Part shown: piece by piece, positions 57,350 to 64,000 of the stretch
Numbering within the stretch: position 1 is the first letter of the stretch
How the letters are laid out: every line of letters begins with the position of its first letter
Assembly (NCBI GenBank): GCA_964467915.1
Contig: CAYXSW010000006.1
Coordinates: 3,915 to 67,914, forward strand
From: an uncultured Marinoscillum sp.
Lineage (GTDB): Bacteria; Bacteroidota; Bacteroidia; Cytophagales; MED-G16
Reading direction: 5' to 3'
Length of the DNA stretch: 64,000 nt
Program-made: the position numbers and the translations under genes
The notes under the pieces: generated by a model
What the model was told of the DNA's origin: nothing
Database searches by the model: none
The model's input: only the letters and a program-made list of their open reading frames with translations

Positions 57350-58876
57350 ATGGAAGAAAAAATATTAATTCTTGATTTTGGTTCTCAATACACCCAGTTG
57401 ATTGCTAGAAGAGTAAGAGAATTAAATATTTATTGTGAAATATTTCCATATAATAAAATACCTAAAATCAAAAAAAATTATTTTGGAGTTATATTATCTG
57501 GAAGTCCTTTTTCAGTACACGATGAAAGTGCACCCTTTGTTGATCTTAATAATTTTGGTAATTTACCTATTCTAGGGATATGTTACGGAGCTCAATTAAT
57601 TGCACAAAATAATAATTGTGAAGTTACAAAGTCAAAAATTAGAGAATATGGTAGGGCTAAATTAAAATTTGTAGACTCAGAAAATATTCTTATGTCTGGA
57701 GTAAAAGAGAACTCTGATGTCTGGATGAGTCATGGTGATTCAATAACAAACATTCCAGAATCATTTAAAATTATTGCAAGTACTAAAGATGTTGATATAA
57801 CATCATATTATGTTAAAAATAAAGATTATTACGGTTTACAGTTTCATCCAGAAGTTACCCATAGTAAGTATGGAAAAATAATTTTAAAAAACTTTGCTGT
57901 AAAAATATGTCGTTGTTCACAGTCATGGACTCCTGATAGATTTGTTGAGTTTACAATTAAATCTATTAAAAAGACCGTTAAAGATAATAAAGTTGTCTTG
58001 GGACTCTCAGGAGGGGTTGACTCAAGTGTTGCTGCTATTTTAATTCATAAAGCAATAGGAGATAATCTTTATTGTGTTTTTGTAGATAATGGTCTACTTA
58101 GAAAAAATGAATTTAATAACGTCTTGTATTCTTATAAAAATTTAGGCTTAAATGTTATAGGTGTTGATTCAAAAAATTTATTCTATCAAGGTTTAAAAGG
58201 AAAATCAGATCCTGAGGATAAGAGAAAATCAATCGGAAATGATTTCATTAAAGTTTTTGAAGAAGAGGCAAACAAAATTGGAGACATAAAGTGGTTAGCT
58301 CAAGGAACGATTTATCCTGATGTAATTGAGTCTGTCTCTGTAAAAGGTCCCTCTGCAACAATAAAGTCTCATCATAATGTGGGAGGTTTACCTAAGAAAA
58401 TGAATCTCAAGATAGTTGAACCTCTAAATTTACTTTTCAAAGATGAGGTTAGGAAAGTTGGTAAATCTATGAATATGCCAGATGCTATCTTAAAGAGACA
58501 CCCGTTTCCAGGACCTGGTCTAGGAATAAGAATTCTCGGTGAAGTGACAAAGGAAAAAGTAGAGTTATTACAAGAAGCAGATGATATTTTTATATCTTCT
58601 TTAATAAAAAGAAATTTGTATGATGATGTTTGGCAAGCCGCAACAATTCTACTTCCTGTTAAATCTGTTGGTGTAATGGGAGATGAACGAACCTATGAAT
58701 TTACAGTGGTATTAAGAGCAGTCACAAGTTTAGATGGAATGACAGCAGATTGGTCAAGGTTGCCAAGTGATTTTTTGGCTGATGTTTCTAATGAGATAAT
58801 CAATAGAGTTAAGGGTATTAATAGGGTAGTTTATGATATTTCTTCTAAACCTCCTGCTACAATAGAATGGGAATGA
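57350..58876 (+). CDS. guaA: GMP synthase (glutamine-hydrolysing)
   Basis: 508 aa. The GATase domain has GICYGAQL and HPE. PP-loop LSGGVDSS. C-terminus PPATIEWE. Confidence 0.95.
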   Translation: MEEKILILDFGSQYTQLIARRVRELNIYCEIFPYNKIPKIKKNYFGVILSGSPFSVHDESAPFVDLNNFGNLPILGICYGAQLIAQNNNCEVTKSKIREYGRAKLKFVDSENILMSGVKENSDVWMSHGDSITNIPESFKIIASTKDVDITSYYVKNKDYYGLQFHPEVTHSKYGKIILKNFAVKICRCSQSWTPDRFVEFTIKSIKKTVKDNKVVLGLSGGVDSSVAAILIHKAIGDNLYCVFVDNGLLRKNEFNNVLYSYKNLGLNVIGVDSKNLFYQGLKGKSDPEDKRKSIGNDFIKVFEEEANKIGDIKWLAQGTIYPDVIESVSVKGPSATIKSHHNVGGLPKKMNLKIVEPLNLLFKDEVRKVGKSMNMPDAILKRHPFPGPGLGIRILGEVTKEKVELLQEADDIFISSLIKRNLYDDVWQAATILLPVKSVGVMGDERTYEFTVVLRAVTSLDGMTADWSRLPSDFLADVSNEIINRVKGINRVVYDISSKPPATIEWE

Positions 58877-58877
58877 T

Positions 58878-60638
58878 ATGAGATTAAAATTGTTTCTTCT
58901 TTTTATTATTTTCTCTTTTCCTCTAATAGGGCAATCCGACTATACCAGGTTTGTTCAGCTTAAAAAGTTATTTATTGAAGAAAAATATTCAGATCTCATA
59001 AAATCAGACATTGATATTAAAAAAAATAGTGAGTTTTACCCTTATCTATTATTTTATAATTCAGTTGCTGAATATGAATTAAACTTAAAAGACAAAGCAT
59101 TAGATAACTTCAAAAATATAATTAAAGTTTATCCTAAGTGGTCTCAGAAAAATGAAGTTTATTACTGGCTTGTAAGGATAAACTCAGAGAAAAATAGTTT
59201 AGATGAAGCTTTGATATCTTTTTCAAAGATATCAAATTCTTCAATCTTAGATGAATTATATCCAATTATTAACCCTTTAATTGAAAAAATTAATTCATTT
59301 AATCAATTATCAGAAATTTATAAATTATACCCTAAAAACAGATCAGTTGCAAAATACTATGGTAGAGCTCTTCTGAGAGAATATTTAAATGAGGATGTGA
59401 TTAATGAGATTAATGAGATTTTGGAGATTGTTGAAAAGGAAGATCTTTTTGTAAGTGATAACACAAAATTTAGAGTTGCTGTTCTTCTTCCTTTTATGTT
59501 TGATGGCTTAGAAAATACATATTTCGTTCAAAATAATGATTTTATTATGGATTTATATTCTGGAATAATTCATGGTGTTGAGAAATATGACTCTTTAAAT
59601 TCTATGATAGATATCGTAACATTTGATACAAGAAGAGACCCAAATAGAATTAAAAAAATTATTAATGATGGTAGTTTGGACAATATAGATTTAATTATTG
59701 GTCCTCTTTACAATAAACCAATAAGTCAAATAAAACAATTTTGTTTAGAGAATAAAATACTCATGATTAATCCTTTGTCATCAAATAATGAGATAATTGA
59801 TGATAATAATTATAGTTTCTTGTTTAAACCATCAATAAGAACTATTGCTGAAAAGGTTGCTGAATTTTCAATTACTAATTTTTCAGAAAACAAGAATGCA
59901 ATTATTTTTTATGAGAAAAATTATCAAGACTCTGTAGTTGCTGAAATTTATAACAATAAATTAGATTCAAATGGATTCAATATAATTTATAAAAAATCTG
60001 TTAGTCTAGATGATTCTCGTCTTATTTTAGACTCATTAGCAAGTACCTATGAATACATATTAAATGACTCTTTATATGATACATTAAAAAATGTTAGTGA
60101 TATTCTAATAAAAGAGGGTAGAGGAATTGGAGATTTAGATACAACATATATGTATACTGAAAAGTTTTTTATTGAAGATGATAGTATAGGTCATGTTTTT
60201 GTTTCTTCAAGAAATTCTCTATTCGCATCAAATATTATTAGTGCAATAGATATTAGGGAAGATACAATATCTGTATTAGGATTTTCAGATTGGTTGAATT
60301 TTAATGTTATTTCTGTGAATCAGCTTGAGGAATTGGATATTTCATTAATTGATATTAATTTTTTTGATATGGAGACACAAACTTTTAAGAATCTTAATAA
60401 TTATTTTCAGAACAATTACAGAAGAAAAATCTCTGAAAATTTTTTAGCAGGTTTCGAATTAATGAATATGATAACAACACTTACTAGAAGTTATGGTAAA
60501 TATTTTCAATTTGGGTTGAGAAATGAGAACAAAATCACATCTGACATTTCGACTCATTCATATTTTCTAGATAATAATGACAATCAGAAGGTTCCAATAG
60601 TAAAAGTTGAGAATTTCAAAATTATACTTCTAAATTAA
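58878..60638 (+). CDS. hypothetical secreted protein, TPR-like N-domain + type-1 periplasmic-binding-protein-like C-domain (LpoA-like architecture)
   Basis: 586 aa with signal peptide MRLKLFLLFIIFSFPLIGQ. Helical-repeat N-part, then FRVAVLLPF, TFDTRRDP, DLIIGPLY and LMINPLSS, reminiscent of the PBP1 fold. Confidence 0.5.
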   Translation: MRLKLFLLFIIFSFPLIGQSDYTRFVQLKKLFIEEKYSDLIKSDIDIKKNSEFYPYLLFYNSVAEYELNLKDKALDNFKNIIKVYPKWSQKNEVYYWLVRINSEKNSLDEALISFSKISNSSILDELYPIINPLIEKINSFNQLSEIYKLYPKNRSVAKYYGRALLREYLNEDVINEINEILEIVEKEDLFVSDNTKFRVAVLLPFMFDGLENTYFVQNNDFIMDLYSGIIHGVEKYDSLNSMIDIVTFDTRRDPNRIKKIINDGSLDNIDLIIGPLYNKPISQIKQFCLENKILMINPLSSNNEIIDDNNYSFLFKPSIRTIAEKVAEFSITNFSENKNAIIFYEKNYQDSVVAEIYNNKLDSNGFNIIYKKSVSLDDSRLILDSLASTYEYILNDSLYDTLKNVSDILIKEGRGIGDLDTTYMYTEKFFIEDDSIGHVFVSSRNSLFASNIISAIDIREDTISVLGFSDWLNFNVISVNQLEELDISLIDINFFDMETQTFKNLNNYFQNNYRRKISENFLAGFELMNMITTLTRSYGKYFQFGLRNENKITSDISTHSYFLDNNDNQKVPIVKVENFKIILLN

Positions 60639-62395
60639 TCAATTCTGAATTCCATTCTCATTTGGAAAGGATCATAAAAATCATTTTTAATAATACTTTC
60701 AATAAGCCAATTACTTTTTAGAAATGGATCTAAAACAGTTTTAGTTTGTTGAAGAGATGAAATTATTTTTTCAAATTCTGATTTTTGTTTAGGATACTCT
60801 ATTATCTGGTATTTTTCAATATCTGCAAGGTCAGCAGCTAAATTAATGGCATCATTAAATTCTCCAACTATATCTATAAGATTTAATTTTTTTCCTTCAT
60901 TCCCATAGTAAACTCTTCCTCTAGCTAGCTTATCAACTTCTTCTTTAGTCATGGATCTTCCTTCTGCAACTATTGATAAAAAGTCTGAATAAATTTGATT
61001 AACGCCTCTTTGAAATAATTTTTTTTCATCCTCTTCTAATGGCTCAAATGGATCAATTTCTCCAATATTTTTATTGGTCCTTATCTGATCAGTTGTTATT
61101 TTAAGTTTATCATTAAGTAACCCTGATATTTCAGGAAATAAACCAAATACACCTATAGATCCTACTATTGATCCACTTGAAGCGATTAATGTATCAGCTG
61201 GCATAGAAATATAGTATCCTCCTGATGCACATACATCTGACATATAAGCTATTAAAGGTTTTTCTTTATTTAACAATTCTAGTTCTCGAGCTATTAAATC
61301 AGAAGCAAATGCACTACCTCCACCTGAGTTAACATATAGAATTACAGACTTTATATTTTTATTTTTCTTAATCTTCTTGATTTCTTTAATTATAGATTCT
61401 GAATAAATACCATCATCTCCAGATCCAGGTAAGATCCCCCCAATAGCATATATTACTGCTATTTTATTTTTATTGTATTTATTATTTTTTAATGTTTTTC
61501 GGTACTTAAGTAAAGAAATCTTTTTATAAGAACTATCTACTTTACTTTTTAGATATTTTTCCATTTCGTCTTCATAAATTAGACTATCTACCAATTTATT
61601 ATTTAGGGCATCACTAGCTAGTTCAGTCTCAAAATTTTCAATCATCTCAAAAAGATCACGTTCTTTAAGGTCTCTTGAGGAAGATATTTTATCTAAATAA
61701 TTTGACATTCTGTAGTCTAATAAATTCAAATATTGTTCCTCATTTTCTTTACTAAAATCTGTCCTCACATAAGTTTCAGCAGCACCTTTGTATTCACCAA
61801 CTCTAAAAAGCTGAATTTTTATACCTAGTTCTTCTAACATATTTTTATAAAAAAATTCACTTATTCCGAATCCACTTACTGATATAAAACCAGGAGGAGA
61901 AATAGCCATAAAATCTGAAACAGAGGAAATGAAATAAGCACCTTTAGTATGTAAATCAGCGAATGAATATATCGGCTTTGATTTTTTAAATTCTTCAAGA
62001 ATATCTCTAACCTTTTCAGCTTTATTAAAACTAATACCTAAATTTTCTACATTAAGATATATTCCTTTTATTTTATCATCCTCTGATGCTTTCTTGATAA
62101 TATTTTTGAATGTTAATAGGCTTATTTTTTCAGTTTGACTATTATCAATTAATGGTAAAGGTAGAGGGATTTCAAAATCAAAATTTAATTCGTCAGCTTT
62201 AGTATCTCTATCTCCTATTAAACTTAAATTATCGATATATAATAGACTATTTTCTGATACAACTATCTCTTCTTTTGTGCTTGGAGAAAATAGAGCTCCT
62301 ATTATGCTAAAGAAAATTATTATTAGAATTATGCTTATAATGAATGATAAAATTCCTTTGAGCGCATTTACAAAAACATCAATTAGAAAATTCAT
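60635..62395 (-). CDS. sppA: signal peptide peptidase SppA (67K type, duplicated ClpP-like domains)
   Basis: 586 aa. N-terminal TM segment and two S49 modules. The second has the catalytic context SDVCASGGYY and a Lys-containing first module. Confidence 0.88.
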   Translation of the reverse strand: MNFLIDVFVNALKGILSFIISIILIIIFFSIIGALFSPSTKEEIVVSENSLLYIDNLSLIGDRDTKADELNFDFEIPLPLPLIDNSQTEKISLLTFKNIIKKASEDDKIKGIYLNVENLGISFNKAEKVRDILEEFKKSKPIYSFADLHTKGAYFISSVSDFMAISPPGFISVSGFGISEFFYKNMLEELGIKIQLFRVGEYKGAAETYVRTDFSKENEEQYLNLLDYRMSNYLDKISSSRDLKERDLFEMIENFETELASDALNNKLVDSLIYEDEMEKYLKSKVDSSYKKISLLKYRKTLKNNKYNKNKIAVIYAIGGILPGSGDDGIYSESIIKEIKKIKKNKNIKSVILYVNSGGGSAFASDLIARELELLNKEKPLIAYMSDVCASGGYYISMPADTLIASSGSIVGSIGVFGLFPEISGLLNDKLKITTDQIRTNKNIGEIDPFEPLEEDEKKLFQRGVNQIYSDFLSIVAEGRSMTKEEVDKLARGRVYYGNEGKKLNLIDIVGEFNDAINLAADLADIEKYQIIEYPKQKSEFEKIISSLQQTKTVLDPFLKSNWLIESIIKNDFYDPFQMRMEFRID

Positions 62396-63117
62396 TTTAA
62401 ATTATTTTTATTTAAATATTTTTCTGCGAAGATAAGATCTTCTTTTGTATCTATACTAAAACTATCAAATTTTGTAGTATTTAATTTTATAGTATATCCG
62501 TTTTCTAACCATCTTAATTGTTCTAAGGATTCACTTATCTCAAGTTCTGAAGGGGTTAAAGAAATTATTTTTTTGAGTACATCTGGAGTGTACGCGTAGA
62601 TACAAATATGCTTATAATAGTTTCTCTTTTCTTTTTGATAGGGGATTATTGACCTTGAAAAATACAATGCTTCATCTGAATTATTTTTGACTACTTTCAT
62701 CACAGATTTCCTCTCTATTAACTCAGAATATTTCTCTTGTTTAATTAGAGTACATATCTCATTAGGAGATTTACATATTGAGATAATATCTTCTATTTGT
62801 TCGTTTTTAATAAAAGGCTCATCACCCTGGACATTAATTATATAGTCATATTCTTTATTTAATTTTTGATATGCTTCGTGTACTCTCTCAGTTCCATTTA
62901 TAGGATTATCAGATGTCATAATAACATTTCCAAATTCATTTACATGATCATAAATTTGTTTGTTTGGTGTAGCAACATATAATTCGCTAAGTTTATTTGA
63001 TTTCATAGCAGATTCATAAACTCTCCTGATCATTGATTTTTCTCCAATATTAATTAAAGGTTTTCCAGGAAGTCTTGATGACTCCATTCTTGCAGGTATT
63101 ATGCCAATAATTTTCAT
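62392..63117 (-). CDS. kdsB: 3-deoxy-manno-octulosonate cytidylyltransferase (CMP-KDO synthetase)
   Basis: 241 aa. Motifs IIPARMESSRLPGKPL, NVQGDEP and LEQLRWLENG. Confidence 0.9.
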   Translation of the reverse strand: MKIIGIIPARMESSRLPGKPLINIGEKSMIRRVYESAMKSNKLSELYVATPNKQIYDHVNEFGNVIMTSDNPINGTERVHEAYQKLNKEYDYIINVQGDEPFIKNEQIEDIISICKSPNEICTLIKQEKYSELIERKSVMKVVKNNSDEALYFSRSIIPYQKEKRNYYKHICIYAYTPDVLKKIISLTPSELEISESLEQLRWLENGYTIKLNTTKFDSFSIDTKEDLIFAEKYLNKNNLK

Positions 63118-64000
63118 TTAGGCTTTTTTTACTTTAAGAGATGAACCTTCGTTGTTAGTTACAATAATTTTTTTATTTTTTTCAATATATTCGCCAGAGG
63201 TTGAGGCATCATAAATTTTTTCTTCAATAATAACCTTACCACTTGGTCTTAATACTGTAAAAGATTTTCCTTTCATATTTAGAAGGTCATCAGAATAATT
63301 TTTTGAAATATATCCTTTACTTGTTTCTTGAGTTTCATCTAAAGCAATTTTTTTAAATGCTTTTGTGTCAGTAAGCTTAATTCCACCAAAAAGTATCAAT
63401 AAGCCAAAACTAAAAACTGAAATTAATACTGAAAGGCTTGATGCAATCAAATCTCTAGATAAAACAAAAGTAAAGTCAAACATATCATTGTTTAACATTA
63501 TTAATATTAGGGAGCTTAATGAAGTAAATAAACCTACTACTCCAAAAATGCCAAAACCTGGTATAACAAATACCTCAAGAGCAATAAATATTATACCAAT
63601 GAAAAATAACATAATTTCCCAATTTTCTGCAACTCCATTTAAATAATAGGGTACTAAGTATAAAATTAAAGCAGTTATCGAAGCTATTATAGGGAAACCT
63701 ATTCCTGGTGTTTGCAATTCAAAGTACAATCCTCCAAGTATTAATAATATCAATACACTGCTAACTACAGGATTAAGAAAAAAAGAGATAATATCTTCTG
63801 TTGAGTCTAATTCATATCTAGTTATTTTATAATTATTAATATCTTGTCTTTCTAAGATTTCTTCAATTGAATTTAATTCAGCATCACAAAAGCCAAATTT
63901 AATAGCTTCATGAGTAGAAAAAGTAATTACTTTACCTTCTGAAGAAATACTATCAACTTCTATGTCTTCATCTACCATTGCTTCAGCGATTTTTGGGTCT
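63118..64000 (-). CDS. NfeD-like membrane-bound protein, 3' part (frame open to right edge; ClpP-like N-domain lies outside window)
   Basis: The frame continues upstream of track Met 63978 (..DPKIAEAMVDED..). Central TM cluster and a C-terminal OB-fold-like tail (GKSFTVLRPSGKVIIEEKIYDASTSGEYIEKNKKIIV). Confidence 0.72.
   Translation of the reverse strand, partial: DPKIAEAMVDEDIEVDSISSEGKVITFSTHEAIKFGFCDAELNSIEEILERQDINNYKITRYELDSTEDIISFFLNPVVSSVLILLILGGLYFELQTPGIGFPIIASITALILYLVPYYLNGVAENWEIMLFFIGIIFIALEVFVIPGFGIFGVVGLFTSLSSLILIMLNNDMFDFTFVLSRDLIASSLSVLISVFSFGLLILFGGIKLTDTKAFKKIALDETQETSKGYISKNYSDDLLNMKGKSFTVLRPSGKVIIEEKIYDASTSGEYIEKNKKIIVTNNEGSSLKVKKA

Noticed and set aside
2614-63646. About 35 ORF-track entries of 60-126 aa lying antisense inside long genes (for example 20699..21079, 38150..38494, 44777..45115, 4894..5232, 40587..40919)
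   Set aside because: All are fully embedded in well-supported genes on the opposite strand. They translate to low-complexity L/S/I/F-rich peptides and have no start-codon context or promoter box. They are typical shadow ORFs.
1-64000. Search for CRISPR arrays, IS elements or transposases, integrases, prophage genes, tRNA/rRNA/tmRNA
   Set aside because: None was found. There are no direct-repeat/spacer arrays, no GC-rich 70-90 nt islands in intergenic DNA, and no gene with recombinase or transposase motifs. The longest non-coding stretch is 209 nt.

Overview
This is an AT-rich, extremely gene-dense 64-kb chromosomal segment (GC looks near or below 30% by eye; not computed). It reads as core genome of a Bacteroidota, Flavobacteriia-like bacterium. 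The taxonomic hallmarks are a fused LpxC/FabZ, a PorX-type REC-PglZ regulator, a CarboxypepD_reg-type TonB-dependent receptor, DUF1573 and a split transketolase. I call about 60 protein genes. They cover ilvD-B-N-C, lpxD-lpxC/fabZ-lpxA, pgk, pgi, pgm, trpS, dnaB, etfBA, guaA, nadE, murB, kdsB and sppA, plus an unusually high number of tRNA-modification genes (tgt, queA, queC, queF, tsaC, tsaE, mtaB, rsmG). Both window edges cut genes: a dnaE 5' part on the left and an NfeD-like gene on the right. I see no rRNA, tRNA, CRISPR, transposase, integrase or recognisable defence island. I did not find a convincing new multi-gene system, and most of the window is ordinary housekeeping DNA. The observations I rate highest are: (1) perfect Bacteroidota -7 promoter boxes (TAnnTTTG) placed 3-6 nt or exactly 14 nt from start codons, implying many leaderless or near-leaderless transcripts; (2) a secreted DUF1573 plus three-barrel amidohydrolase operon in which only one barrel keeps the canonical HxH metal site; (3) a DnaE with an N-terminally fused DEDDh exonuclease; (4) a secreted TPR + PBP1-fold protein with LpoA-like architecture; (5) about 98% coding density, with convergent genes overlapping at their 3' ends. 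All functional calls rest on motif recognition in the supplied translations and my own reading of the DNA. No database search or computation was run.
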